This document shows, piece by piece, positions 1 through 10,755 of a DNA stretch of 64,000 nucleotides. Position 1 is the stretch's first letter, and each line of letters opens with the position of its first letter. The notes beneath the pieces were generated by a model. The model had not been told where the DNA came from, made no database searches, and was given only the letters and a program-made list of their open reading frames with translations. The stretch comes from Nitrososphaeraceae archaeon (GTDB lineage Archaea; Thermoproteota; Nitrososphaeria; Nitrososphaerales; Nitrososphaeraceae). The stretch lies in the NCBI GenBank assembly GCA_044870765.1, contig JBIOZG010000028.1, forward strand, positions 16,736-80,735. The letters run 5' to 3'. The translations under genes were made by a program, and so were the position numbers.

Positions 1-88
1 CGTTCACATTAAAGAACTCATCTAGAGCATAGAAATTGTCATGATACTACAATACTAAACCCATCGTATCTCTAGTTGCACTTAATTT

Positions 89-1150
89 TTAACCCGGTTT
101 CGCGTTGATTAGAATATCCCTTATTTTTCTCTTTTCCCACCGCATCAGGTATACTATTCCAATGACCAAAAATATTTCGACTGATTTGGCCAATATGCCG
201 GCAATATCTACATTTTCTGCCTTATTATCTGGAGATAGTGGCGGTGCAACAATTACCGAATACGCATAGAGCACTATTAGAACAGAAGTTCCAACAAGTC
301 CGAAAAGATTCAAGGCGAGCCTTTTCTTGTAATGACTCAAAATGAGATTCGGATTGTTACTAGTATAAGTATCGGCAGAGAAATTGATCAGGATATACAA
401 TATTCCATATGCTATTTGAGCTCCCGCTGCAGCCATTAGGAATATTGAGTAGTAGATTTGCAAAGATCCGTGTTCCGGAAAAATCGCCAGGTGTACGAGT
501 CCTCCTGCTATAGCAACTAACATGATTATATATTTCAGGGTTTCTTTTTCTGGTATCGTAGCGGATCTCTGTTTTCTTCTCTTAAGATATGTTTTACCTA
601 ACACCGATCCAAGAACTATGATTGGGGTCAAGATTGAAATCACCAGAAGGGAGTTTCTGACCGGACCCCAGGAATCTGAGATAGTAACATTAAAAATTAC
701 ACGTTTACAATCACAACCCGCGATACTCGACAATATGGATCTTGGGGGATCTAATTTATCATGATTCACCATCTTATCGTCATTGGCCACACTAAGCACT
801 ATTTCATATGAACCTGGATAAGGAAAAACGTAATATAGGTTGAAATCACCAATATCTTGGACTGTCCAGGGAAATCCCTTTACTCTTTCGCCGGTACTTT
901 CTTGATAGATTTCGACCATTGTTTCAATATTGTGTACATCCTTTCCATCAAAGTCCTGTACACTGAATGTTATTTGCGTAGGTTGATTAGGCCCCGCATA
1001 TTCCGGATCGAGTGCCATATAAGGATAATATTTTCCCATTCCATCCCTGTTTGATCCACCATTGTAATGGGGAGTGTGAGAAAGATGGGCAAATGTAATA
1101 AAATGCGTAGTAAAACTCATAATTAATATAAATAAAAATAATGGTATCAT
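89..1150 (-). CDS. Membrane protein: signal peptide, His-rich N-terminus, extracytoplasmic Ig/YtkA-like domain, C-terminal multi-TM domain
   Basis: ORF 89..1237, ATG at 1150 preferred; hydrophobic leader then HLSHTPH; FPYPGSYEIVLSV beta-strand pattern; several TM segments including GLVHLAIFPEH. Confidence 0.6.
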   Translation of the reverse strand: MIPLFLFILIMSFTTHFITFAHLSHTPHYNGGSNRDGMGKYYPYMALDPEYAGPNQPTQITFSVQDFDGKDVHNIETMVEIYQESTGERVKGFPWTVQDIGDFNLYYVFPYPGSYEIVLSVANDDKMVNHDKLDPPRSILSSIAGCDCKRVIFNVTISDSWGPVRNSLLVISILTPIIVLGSVLGKTYLKRRKQRSATIPEKETLKYIIMLVAIAGGLVHLAIFPEHGSLQIYYSIFLMAAAGAQIAYGILYILINFSADTYTSNNPNLILSHYKKRLALNLFGLVGTSVLIVLYAYSVIVAPPLSPDNKAENVDIAGILAKSVEIFLVIGIVYLMRWEKRKIRDILINAKPG

Positions 1151-1357
1151 GATATACTGCTTTTTCAAATTATTAGCAATGAAAATTAGCACAGCAGTTT
1201 CATATAAGTCGTACTTGATTCGAGAATTTTGTTTCAAATGAAGTTTTTTTGCTTAGAGTACCCTGACATCAGAAGATAAAGACTCATTATCCTTTGACAA
1301 TGCAAAATTACATAAGAATAATTATATCAGTAGTCTTTTCACTTCTTTCTCTATAAG

Positions 1358-3298
1358 TTGAATAAGTCAATAAGTGTGAAAGAATATTTTGCGAATTTCC
1401 CTCATACTTCTTTTAGAAATAACCAAGATGACGTAATAAGACAAATCTGTGACGCCTTTAATTCAGGTTGTAAATACGTTATATTGGAAGCACCCACTGG
1501 ATTTGGCAAAAGTGCAATTGCAATGACCGTTGCACGGACGCTTGGTTCTAGCTTTGTATGTACCGCGACTAAGGATCTTCAAACTCAATACACATATGAC
1601 TACGGGTTCCTAAAAGTTGCAAAAGGAAAAAACAACTTTCAATGTAGGGTAAAGGAAGATTTTGTGGAAGCAGGAAAATATCATTGCACTTCCTGCAACT
1701 CAAGATCTGAAATTGAGTGCAGACACACCACTGTTGATTATGGGCCATGTCTATCTGATGAATCCATGGAGGGGGCAGGTTGTAGATACAGAACTTTCAT
1801 AAATGATTACAGGATTGATAATAAAGAAAGAAAAAATGAAAGCATCTTTATCAGTAGAGAAAAATTAGAAAATTATGAAACTGAGTATTCAAGTTGGATT
1901 CATCTAAAGAACTTTGATATTCCACGACAATGGAGTCCCTGTTATTATTTTGATCAGTTATTTCAAGCTTTAAAGGCAAGCCATTCTATATTTAACTACT
2001 CTATTTTTTTATCGTTACTTGCCAATAAGAGCATGATTCAGCAAAGAGAATTACTCGTACTCGATGAAGCACATTTACTTGAAACTGAAATCATAAAATT
2101 CAGAGGGCTTTCGATATCAAAGAAACGGTGGAGAAGATACATTAATGATTTTAAGATGATCGACTATGGCTTCGATTTGAATGGCTGGCTAGGTTTTCTT
2201 ATAGACTTAGAAAAAACTATCCTTACGCTCATAGGATACGATTCTCTGGTAAATTCCCTTGTAACGGAACGGAAAATAAAATATGGATATGATTCAAAAA
2301 GCAAGGCAAAATCTAAAAACAAAAGAATAGTAAGTGCCTCGGAATTATTTGAAGATGACGAGAGTCTTGAAATAGATATAAAATCCGAAAATAAAAAACA
2401 CTTTCAAATAGACAAGGAAATATTGATTGATATTGTACAGGATATCGACAAGCTTACAAGGACCATAAATAATATTCTTTCAAATCCAAAAAACTGGATA
2501 GTCTCCGAGGTGCAAAAGGAAAACTACGACGTTCTACGGGTAGAATTCAAGCCTTTAGATGCCTCCAAATATATTAGAACTATTGTTGAAAAATGTCCAA
2601 AAACACTAATCATGAGTGCAACCATTCTAGATCATAGAACATTCGAAAAAAATCTTGGACTGGATACTGGAGATGATAGAACCAAATTTATACAGATTCA
2701 ATCAGACTTTCCAATTGAAAATAGACCAATTTTTCCTCTAAGTGTAGAATATCTCAATTTTAGTAATTTACAGCAGACGGATGTCAAGACAAAAATATCT
2801 CATGCGATTGATAACATAATGCATATACATAGTAACGATAAGGGTATAATCCATACCACTTCATATGAACAGCTAAATTTTATCAAAGAGAACCTTTCAA
2901 AAATGAATTCTAGGAGACTGATATTGACAGACCCTGAAATCCAAAGGGATGAAGTAATTAAAGAACATATTGACAGCAAGAAACCAACTGTTCTTATTTC
3001 TCCCTCACTACATACAGGTCTTGACCTGAAAGATAACTTATCTCGATTTCAGATAATTACCAAAGTCCCTTATCCTAACATAGCAGACAAATGGACTTCA
3101 GAGAAGAGGAAGATAAATGGGGAATGGTACTATTGGCAGACAGCGCTGAGACTAGTTCAAGCTTATGGCAGATCTATAAGATCTAAGGATGATTGGGCAA
3201 AAACATACGTTCTGGATGCGGCTTTTAATTATTTTGTGAGGATGAATGTCAACATACTGCCAAAGTGGTTCGTATCTGCGATAAGAACTGAAAGATAA
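1358..3298 (+). CDS. DinG/Rad3-like SF2 ATP-dependent DNA helicase
   Basis: Q motif FRNNQ, Walker A APTGFGKS, DEAH, SAT, GLDL, QAYGRSIRS motif VI; Cys-rich segment. Confidence 0.9.
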   Translation: MNKSISVKEYFANFPHTSFRNNQDDVIRQICDAFNSGCKYVILEAPTGFGKSAIAMTVARTLGSSFVCTATKDLQTQYTYDYGFLKVAKGKNNFQCRVKEDFVEAGKYHCTSCNSRSEIECRHTTVDYGPCLSDESMEGAGCRYRTFINDYRIDNKERKNESIFISREKLENYETEYSSWIHLKNFDIPRQWSPCYYFDQLFQALKASHSIFNYSIFLSLLANKSMIQQRELLVLDEAHLLETEIIKFRGLSISKKRWRRYINDFKMIDYGFDLNGWLGFLIDLEKTILTLIGYDSLVNSLVTERKIKYGYDSKSKAKSKNKRIVSASELFEDDESLEIDIKSENKKHFQIDKEILIDIVQDIDKLTRTINNILSNPKNWIVSEVQKENYDVLRVEFKPLDASKYIRTIVEKCPKTLIMSATILDHRTFEKNLGLDTGDDRTKFIQIQSDFPIENRPIFPLSVEYLNFSNLQQTDVKTKISHAIDNIMHIHSNDKGIIHTTSYEQLNFIKENLSKMNSRRLILTDPEIQRDEVIKEHIDSKKPTVLISPSLHTGLDLKDNLSRFQIITKVPYPNIADKWTSEKRKINGEWYYWQTALRLVQAYGRSIRSKDDWAKTYVLDAAFNYFVRMNVNILPKWFVSAIRTER

Positions 3299-3685
3299 TC
3301 ATTGGATTTAAAAATCACAGGATCAACGAGATAACTTGTTTTCATATCAATAAGAATTTCACAGCCAAGAACGTTACTTGTAATTGTTTTTGATTTCGAA
3401 TGACTATGCATCAGAAAAATATGTCATAATTATATCAATTACGGTTACCTTGAAAAAACCGACAAAGTTAGATACGGTTACAATTAGTGGCTATTACTGT
3501 TAGAATTACTGAAAAATGATTTCTTTAGGCCGACTTGATACGGTAACGATATAAAATTAGAATAAGCGGAAAGAATCTTAAGAAGAACACCAGCTCGTGA
3601 TAGAAAAATATGAATTGTTTTAATTCATGAATTGGCATTGATACAAACATGAAATAAAATCCAATCCAGAATTCTTGATTCGAAG

Positions 3686-3733
3686 AACTGGTGGGAGGAG
3701 TTGATTGGTGATAAACAAGAACCCCACCAGCCC
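3686..3733. repeat. Dispersed intergenic hairpin element, copy A
   Basis: CTGGTGGG 3688-3695 / CCCACCAG 3723-3730 perfect inverted repeat; reverse complement resembles copies B and F. Confidence 0.7.
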
Positions 3734-3978
3734 AGTATGTGTTCAAGACTCTTCGCTTGCGTTATGTTGTAAAGGTCAACAAATTATAATATAGTTTATA
3801 CTCAACACAATTCAAGTTATAGTGTAAGCCTTTTGACTGAATATGATATTATTTAATTGAACGCTCAAAAGATAAGACTTACTAACAAATAGTTTAGAAA
3901 TATACATTATTTCTTGTTGAAATCTTCTGTCTCATTCTACCTCAGTAATTAATATAATACGGCAACCAAGAACCCCTA

Positions 3979-4080
3979 AGTCTAAACACAAGCAACTGAT
4001 GGGGCTTGGTTGTTTCTTATTCATCATTCGACCAGTTAGATGCCCATCAGTTGCTCAAACATTATTTTTAAATCTTATGA
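3979..4080. repeat. Dispersed intergenic hairpin element, copy B
   Basis: AGCAACTGATGGG 3991-4003 / CCCATCAGTTGCT 4043-4055 (13-bp perfect IR); about 100 bp aligns with 20061-20160. Confidence 0.85.
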
Positions 4081-4255
4081 TCGAATTGCTAACTCTTATT
4101 TAATATTATATCATTTCAAAGTTTAATTTGAGAACACTCAGAAGTTTATCATATTTTTGAATTATTTTATATTCTATTTTAAGAAAGGTTTCATTGTGCA
4201 ATCTGGAGGAATAGGTCCTGTATTTGGACAGGTAGGAGGAGTTGCAAAATTTTCT

Positions 4256-4636
4256 TCATTCGTTGTTTATCTGGTTGTCCTTTGTTAAAAGACCACCTTT
4301 ATTCAAAAAATCATTAGGAACTTTTGTATCGTTATTATTATCTATGATATTCGATTGTACTTTAGCAGTTAGTGCATCATTAAGGCCAGGAGGTATTGAG
4401 TTTCCTACTGCTGCTTTGACTTTATCGCAACTCCAAGTTTTACCACCGTTGCTCGTCTTACACTCCCACGAAGTCATATCATCATCGTCATCAATCACGG
4501 TACAAATTGTAGTTATTTTACTGGTAGGAAAACAACTCGTAATTGGAGCCGCTGATACAAAAAATATAGAAGAACTATAAATTCATGCAAAGAACATGGT
4601 TGATAGAATCCCAAATATCAAAAATCTCGTATCCAT
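4256..4636 (-). pseudogene. Secreted Cys-containing protein with premature stop in the signal peptide
   Basis: ATG 4636 is in frame with ORF 4256..4498: MDTRFLIFGILSTMFFA*IYSSSIFFVSAAPITSC...; in-frame TGA at 4585-4583. Confidence 0.65.
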
Positions 4637-4738
4637 TTCCTAACCTTATTTCGTCAATCTATTAAGATTTCTCAATATGGTAATTTACATCGTTAAAATA
4701 TTGCGTTTTTAGTTGAATTTATTCTAAAAATTATTGAA

Positions 4739-4993
4739 TTATTCTATATTATTACCTTTCAGGGCTATTCTAAGTGCATCCAAAAGGTCATCATAAGAAG
4801 TGATATCTTTCTTTAGGTTTAATTCTTCAGCGTATGCCGTTCTTAGTGATGTTAACAACTTATCATGTTTCTCTTCTATTGCCAAGTATTGCTTTGTAAT
4901 CACAGCGTGTAAGTTAGATAACATATTACGATGTTCAATTGAAAAATTAACCGTCGATAAAACTGCAATGAACGTTTCATTTTTTATTGTCAA
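4739..4993 (-). CDS. Hypothetical helical protein
   Basis: 84 aa ORF, coiled-coil-like composition. Confidence 0.4.
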   Translation of the reverse strand: MTIKNETFIAVLSTVNFSIEHRNMLSNLHAVITKQYLAIEEKHDKLLTSLRTAYAEELNLKKDITSYDDLLDALRIALKGNNIE

Positions 4994-5102
4994 TTTGTAG
5001 GGTCCTGTTATAATACATGGAAGAATTTCTTGATAAATTAGTTATCGAAATAGACTGTATACACTTTGTAATTCATATATTTGATTACTTTGCAATCAAA
5101 TT

Positions 5103-5522
5103 ATGGTAACTTTCCACACGGCTAGAAAAATAAATGCTCCCGTTTCTGAGGTTTGGAAAATACTATCGGATGTTGACAGAGAGCCAGAATTTTGGCATGG
5201 CACTAAATCAATTAGAAATTTAAGCAAAACTGAAAAAGTAGTTGAAAGAGAAGTTGTAATTGCATTCAGAAATTCAACATGTAAAGAAAAAGTCACAATT
5301 GAGCCGATGAAATCCATAACTACTGACATTATAGACGGACCACTAAAAGGAAAGAAAGTAGTTTTATTGAATCCGGACGGCCAACACGCAAGTATGGTCA
5401 ACGTAGAATGGGACATTAGATTGTCAGGTTTTGTGGGAGTTTTTTCAAAAATGGTACAAAAGCATATTCTTGAAGGTACTAATCAGGCGCTTGAAAGAAT
5501 CTCCAAAGTCACAGAAAAATAA
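5103..5522 (+). CDS. SRPBCC/START (polyketide cyclase-like) protein
   Basis: INAPVSEVWKILSD...PEFW signature, C-terminal helix. Confidence 0.85.
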   Translation: MVTFHTARKINAPVSEVWKILSDVDREPEFWHGTKSIRNLSKTEKVVEREVVIAFRNSTCKEKVTIEPMKSITTDIIDGPLKGKKVVLLNPDGQHASMVNVEWDIRLSGFVGVFSKMVQKHILEGTNQALERISKVTEK

Positions 5523-5695
5523 CAATACTTTTTTTAAATTCAATTATCTAGATCTTTATTACTCTGTGAATGTTAGCCTTGTTGAAACATTTATTAATAT
5601 TTCTAACTTATTCATACTGGGTAGACAAATGAATCCGGCTTTAGATTAATTTGAATTTTGATAAATTTTTTTTTGCGCCCAAGATTGCATTTATG

Positions 5696-7450
5696 TTATT
5701 TAAGTCGTTTCAATAGATCATCAACATTTGAGGAATTAATAACATCAATCTTTTTTGCCCATCCCCTTCTTGCCTGACCTACGCCAAATAATAGGTAGGC
5801 AAAATGGATGGGATGATGTGCATCAGAATTTATTGCAAGTTTCACGCCATTGTTTACTGCCAAACGGATATGTTCGTCCCTCAAATCTAATCTATCATAA
5901 TTAGAGTTGATTTCCAGAATAGTTCTAGTCTCACATGCAGTATCAATTAACTTTTCAATATCTATAGAATATCCTTCCCTTTTGTTTATCAATCTGCCCG
6001 TAGGATGAAATATAATATCCACACTTGGGTTTTTTGCCGCCTTGATGAGCCTTTCGGTTTGAATCTCCTTTGACAGGGAGAAATTTGAATGTATAGATGC
6101 TCCAACAACATCCAGCTTGTCGAGTATATTATTTGGTATATCCAGGCCACCATCTTTGAGAATGTCAACTTCGACAGAACTCAAGATCCTAAACTTGGTA
6201 CCAGTTAAATCTTCGTTTATAACATCGTTTATTTCTTGTATCTTATCGATTTGATTTAACAGTTGGTTCTCATTCAAACCATTCGCCAATCGAAGACTCT
6301 TTGTGTGATCGGTAATTGCAATGTAATTCAGTCCAAATTTTTTTCTTGCATGTAATGCCATATCTTCTATCGACATAGTACCGTCAGTATTATCAGTATG
6401 TGTGTGAAGGTCTCCTTTCAGATCCCCGTAATCTATTAGGTCTAATTTATGGTTCTGATCCTTAGAAAAGAATTGAATTTCGCCAAGATTTTCCCTAAGT
6501 TCAGGTGGGATATATTGAAGCCGGAGGTTTTGATAAATTTCCCTTTCATTAGTACCACCAATTTTCTTTCTTTTTTTATCGAATAATCCCCATTCATTAA
6601 GATGTAGACCCATTGAAATTGCCAGGTTACGCAGAGAAATATTATGTTCCTTATTGCCAGTAAAATATTGGCAAGCAGATCCGAAACTTCCTTCTGGGAC
6701 GACTAGCAAATCCACATCTATTCCGTTCCGAAGTTCAACGAATGCTTTTGTCTTGCCTTGACCTTTAATTTCCTCAACCTCGGACATCATTACAAAAAAG
6801 TTGATTACTTTTTCTGGTTCATCTGTTGACACCACAATGTCAATATCTCCAATGGTTTCTTTCATCCTTCTGAAGGATCCTACGACCGCGCAATGAATCA
6901 CACTAGCCTGACCTGTCAACCGATTTTCAATTTTTTTAATCAGTGGAAAAATATCTCCCAATAAAAACCTGCTATTATCTACTTTTGATAATTGAATTGT
7001 CTTGAGTATTTTTTCTTCTTTGATCTTTGAAAAGCCTTTTAGTTTGGCAATTTTTCCTTCTGATGCTGCTATCTGCAGCTCTGATAAATTCTTGATTTTC
7101 AATTTGTCGTACAATATTTTTATCGTCTTTGGACCTATTCCTTTCATGTTAATAAAATCAGAAACTCTGATTGGCATTTTCTTTCTTAATTCCTCATGGT
7201 AAGCAATTTTGTTTGACTTGATTAGCTCCTCTATTTTTGAGGAAATAGCACTTCCTATCGATGGTAAATCTCTAAGGCCCTTAATTCCATTTTTATTATA
7301 TATCTCTACAACACTGGTGGACAAACCTTCGATCATGTCAGCAGCCTTTTCATACGCTCTTACTTTGAAGATAGTATTGGGATCATCTTCAGTTATCTGG
7401 ATAAGATATGAGATTTCGCGCAATATTTTAACAATTTCGATGTTCTTCAT
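5696..7450 (-). CDS. polX: DNA polymerase X with PHP domain
   Basis: HhH motifs, GSFRR...GDIDIVV, VDLLVV, YFTGNKEHN; PHP HTH, ITDH, NSDAH. Confidence 0.95.
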   Translation of the reverse strand: MKNIEIVKILREISYLIQITEDDPNTIFKVRAYEKAADMIEGLSTSVVEIYNKNGIKGLRDLPSIGSAISSKIEELIKSNKIAYHEELRKKMPIRVSDFINMKGIGPKTIKILYDKLKIKNLSELQIAASEGKIAKLKGFSKIKEEKILKTIQLSKVDNSRFLLGDIFPLIKKIENRLTGQASVIHCAVVGSFRRMKETIGDIDIVVSTDEPEKVINFFVMMSEVEEIKGQGKTKAFVELRNGIDVDLLVVPEGSFGSACQYFTGNKEHNISLRNLAISMGLHLNEWGLFDKKRKKIGGTNEREIYQNLRLQYIPPELRENLGEIQFFSKDQNHKLDLIDYGDLKGDLHTHTDNTDGTMSIEDMALHARKKFGLNYIAITDHTKSLRLANGLNENQLLNQIDKIQEINDVINEDLTGTKFRILSSVEVDILKDGGLDIPNNILDKLDVVGASIHSNFSLSKEIQTERLIKAAKNPSVDIIFHPTGRLINKREGYSIDIEKLIDTACETRTILEINSNYDRLDLRDEHIRLAVNNGVKLAINSDAHHPIHFAYLLFGVGQARRGWAKKIDVINSSNVDDLLKRLK

Positions 7451-7582
7451 TTTACATTTGAGGAGATATATGTAACTGAAACGTAATAATAAATCTAGTC
7501 TTTACCGTGCCTGACTGCAATAAAATGAATTTGAAGTGTTTTTTCCATATAAGTTAAATTGTATTAAGGTGTCATATCTGTC

Positions 7583-8467
7583 ATGATTGAATTAGGATAT
7601 GATTATCCTCTATACAGACCGCCCTCTGAAGCTAATTCGGTTATTTTCCAGGTTACTTTGGGATGCTCATTTAACAAGTGTTCATTTTGTAATATGTATA
7701 GAACCAAAGAATATTCTGAGAGGCCATGGGAAGAAATTAAGAATGAGATAGATCTTGTTTCAAAATCGTATCCGGAAACTGAAAAGATCTTTTTAGCGGA
7801 TGGAGACGCTTTAAACCTCTCTACATCAAGATTAATACAAATATTGGATTATCTAAAAGGAAAATTTCCAAACCTAAAGAGAATTTCGTGTTATGCCATG
7901 CCAAAAAATCTTCTTCAAAAAAGTTCCGATGAGCTTAACCTGCTTAATAGTCGAGGTCTGAATATGTTTTACGTTGGCATAGAAACTGGACACGATATAG
8001 TTCTGAAAAAAATTACCAAGGGGGCCACTGCAAAAAGTATTATTGAGGCATGTAAGAGGGCCAAAGAAAGTGGATTTATTCTCTCATGTATGGTAATACT
8101 GGGCATCGGAGGGAAAAAATATTCTGTAGAGCACATCAAGGAAACAGCTAGAGTAGTTAGTGAAGTTTCACCAAGTTTTCTGGCCGCGTTAACTCTAATT
8201 CTCGAAGATGGTGTATACGATGAGTTTATGCAAAAATTTGGCGAAGAGTTTGAACCGTTGGACGATACTTCCATACTGGATGAACTTGAAATACTGGTGA
8301 GTAACATTAAACCATCTGCATCTGTAGTTTTTAGAGCTAATCATGCCTCAAATGTATATTCTATTGGTGGTAATTTGCCTGACGATAAGGATAAAATTCT
8401 TTCATTGGTAAGAAGCCTTAGGGGACACCCAGAATTACTAAAGCCAAAAGTAATGCGCAGATTCTGA
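7583..8467 (+). CDS. Radical SAM protein
   Basis: YRPPSEA, GCSFNKCSFCNMY cluster motif, FLADGDA, FRANHASN. Confidence 0.9.
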   Translation: MIELGYDYPLYRPPSEANSVIFQVTLGCSFNKCSFCNMYRTKEYSERPWEEIKNEIDLVSKSYPETEKIFLADGDALNLSTSRLIQILDYLKGKFPNLKRISCYAMPKNLLQKSSDELNLLNSRGLNMFYVGIETGHDIVLKKITKGATAKSIIEACKRAKESGFILSCMVILGIGGKKYSVEHIKETARVVSEVSPSFLAALTLILEDGVYDEFMQKFGEEFEPLDDTSILDELEILVSNIKPSASVVFRANHASNVYSIGGNLPDDKDKILSLVRSLRGHPELLKPKVMRRF

Positions 8468-8612
8468 TGTTAACAACTAACGCAATAGATCGACGGATTC
8501 AATAGGAAGATTCGGAGCACATGAAGCACATATCGAAGAACTTAAGTTTTGTCGATTTATTTATCATGTGTAGTTCTATAGCACATATGAACTAGGTAGA
8601 AAAACAGAAACA

Positions 8613-8679
8613 AACAACTGGTGACAGGATGTGTCTGTTACTGGACAGGAACAAACAATAAATCCGTCCACCAGTTGTT
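8613..8679. repeat. Dispersed intergenic hairpin element, copy C
   Basis: AACAACTGGTG 8613-8623 / CACCAGTTGTT 8669-8679; stem extends with GACAGGAT/ATCCGTC. Confidence 0.8.
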
Positions 8680-9030
8680 GTTGAAGCGTTAACTTTCTTT
8701 GTTCAACAAACTATAAAACACTTGTAAACCTGTTTCAATAAATAATTATTTACAAATAATTATGTTCAAGTGAAACAAATATGCAAGTACTAAATGAATG
8801 CAGTAAGGCTTGCTTTAATTTTTATAATTGATACACTCTAGTCGCACCAGGCAATAGTACGACTGTTGTCTTCACAAATTCTTGAATCAATAGAAAACAG
8901 ATTTAAATTTTGCCTGGCCATAAATGGAATACCAGATAACTATCTTTTGAAATAAAATTTAGGGGAGATCTCGTATCAGTAAAATCAATGAATAAAGGCA
9001 GTAGAATACAGATCTGTTAATTTCTTTTAG

Positions 9031-9321
9031 TTATTGCAGGAAGAATAATACCAAAATGGCGAGTGTGGAAGAGGGAATAATTATGTCTGCAAATGGGTTA
9101 TCCAGTGTTAATGCATGTTCAAAGTTTTCATATATCAAAAAAACCCCAAATAATGAGAACGCAGTGATAGCATATAACAATCTCTTTTGAGGATTTTTCC
9201 TATAAGCAGAAATAGATAATGATAATAATATAAGAGAAAACGCAGAACCTATGACATATAGGATAATCTCAATTAGATCACCGATAGGGACTTGTTGAAT
9301 CATTGAAAAGATTAGTCCCAT
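9031..9321 (-). CDS. Small 3-TM membrane protein, possibly with a 1-bp C-terminal frameshift
   Basis: SISAYRK...LLYAITAFSLF; ends LFFLQ*, while the adjacent frame continues AITKRN*. Confidence 0.65.
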   Translation of the reverse strand: MGLIFSMIQQVPIGDLIEIILYVIGSAFSLILLSLSISAYRKNPQKRLLYAITAFSLFGVFLIYENFEHALTLDNPFADIIIPSSTLAILVLFFLQ

Positions 9322-9403
9322 TTAACTATGAATTCTCCATGAAAGTACTATGTCTTTCAATTTTCAAATGCCTGGAAAAATGGTTCTATTATTTTGTGAC
9401 GAT

Positions 9404-10480
9404 TTAACCAACCGAACTATCAAATCTATCAAGAACTTGGTTTTCCATATTAAGGAACCATCCTACAAAATGCTTTGAATTTATGTTATTCAAATTAAGA
9501 TCTATAATCGTAATTCCATTTTCACCCGTAATGCATTTTACACAATCATTTCCCTGCCATGTATCAGATTCTAATGGGTACATGCTGGACCCAGTGTCGT
9601 GTGTTCCTGTACCAAATACACCATACATCAAGCCGTGAATGTTGAATCTCTGATAGTTATGGTTGTGGGCTTCTAATACGCCATCAATTCCGCCTGCTCT
9701 AAATAAAGGATCGTAACAATCAAACTCACCATTAGGAGGATGCTCACTTTTTACAGTCACAAACGGTTGATGGACGACTGCGAATTTGAACCATGCCTTG
9801 CTTGATTGAATTTGAGACTTTAAAATGTCGAACTGTGGACTGGTACAATCAAAATTTATATTTGCGTCAATATTGAATAAAACAAGTTTATTACCCGAAA
9901 AATCAAACATGACTTGTCCAAAAGTCCTATTGTTATCTAACCACATCATCACTTCGTTTCCAGTATCGTGATTTCCAACAACTATGTCAGTATTTGCTTT
10001 TGTAAATCCATGAGATTGAAAGTTAGATAATACCTCCTTTCCATTAGTATACTCAAAATCTCCTGGTATTATCAATGCCTGGACATTGTAGCGATTTGCG
10101 ATTTCCAACTGTGTTGTTAATCCTTGATTGGAGTCAATGTCACCAACTATCCCAATTCGTAGCGTCTTTGATTTGTTAAAATTAGCAGCCGGAATTCCTA
10201 CTGAGGATGATTCAACTGAGCAACTTTCATCAACAAGTCCGTTTAAATCATTGTCCTGTCGGTCTTCACAAACCTCTGACTGTGGTATTACGACTTGTTG
10301 ACTATTTATGTTTTTATTTGTCTCAAAGGCGGTAACAAAATAATGGTTGACATATTTATTATCTAATATCGAGCTAGTAGTTGCAGACCCTAAGACAATA
10401 GGTGAAAACAGGATAGTAACATAGATTAAATTAATTAATGAAAAACAAATGATAAACAATAAGAGTGCAAAATGTTTCAA
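9404..10480 (-). CDS. Secreted calcineurin-like metallophosphoesterase with a MopE-like metal-binding repeat
   Basis: GDID, GDFEY, GNHD, HQP, AHNH; EVCEDRQDNDLNGLVDESC motif; signal peptide. Confidence 0.85.
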   Translation of the reverse strand: MKHFALLLFIICFSLINLIYVTILFSPIVLGSATTSSILDNKYVNHYFVTAFETNKNINSQQVVIPQSEVCEDRQDNDLNGLVDESCSVESSSVGIPAANFNKSKTLRIGIVGDIDSNQGLTTQLEIANRYNVQALIIPGDFEYTNGKEVLSNFQSHGFTKANTDIVVGNHDTGNEVMMWLDNNRTFGQVMFDFSGNKLVLFNIDANINFDCTSPQFDILKSQIQSSKAWFKFAVVHQPFVTVKSEHPPNGEFDCYDPLFRAGGIDGVLEAHNHNYQRFNIHGLMYGVFGTGTHDTGSSMYPLESDTWQGNDCVKCITGENGITIIDLNLNNINSKHFVGWFLNMENQVLDRFDSSVG

Positions 10481-10755
10481 AGTAACGTGTTTAATTTGGA
10501 TTAAATATAAAAAGACTTTAGTACAAGTATCAAATTCAAAAACAAAACATGATTCATTTATACACTTGTATTACTAAAATTGAGTACATTATTGCTAGAA
10601 CCTAATCAAATTAGGTCGTTGATGGTCTTTTCTCTGTTTTTGGGCCAAATAAAGTGAAATCATCAAAAGGAACATTATGAATGCCAAAAAGGCTTTGTGC
10701 TATATTGTGGCACGTTTTTGTAAATTTATAGAATTTTATAAGTATGTTTTGTAAA

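Noticed and set aside
4583-4585. Selenocysteine recoding of the TGA
   Set aside because: The codon lies in a hydrophobic signal peptide, not a redox motif, and no Sec machinery is visible
7313-7320. ACTGGTGG match to the hairpin arm inside polX (also CCACCAG in purL near 34464)
   Set aside because: Lies within coding sequence with no partner arm; likely chance
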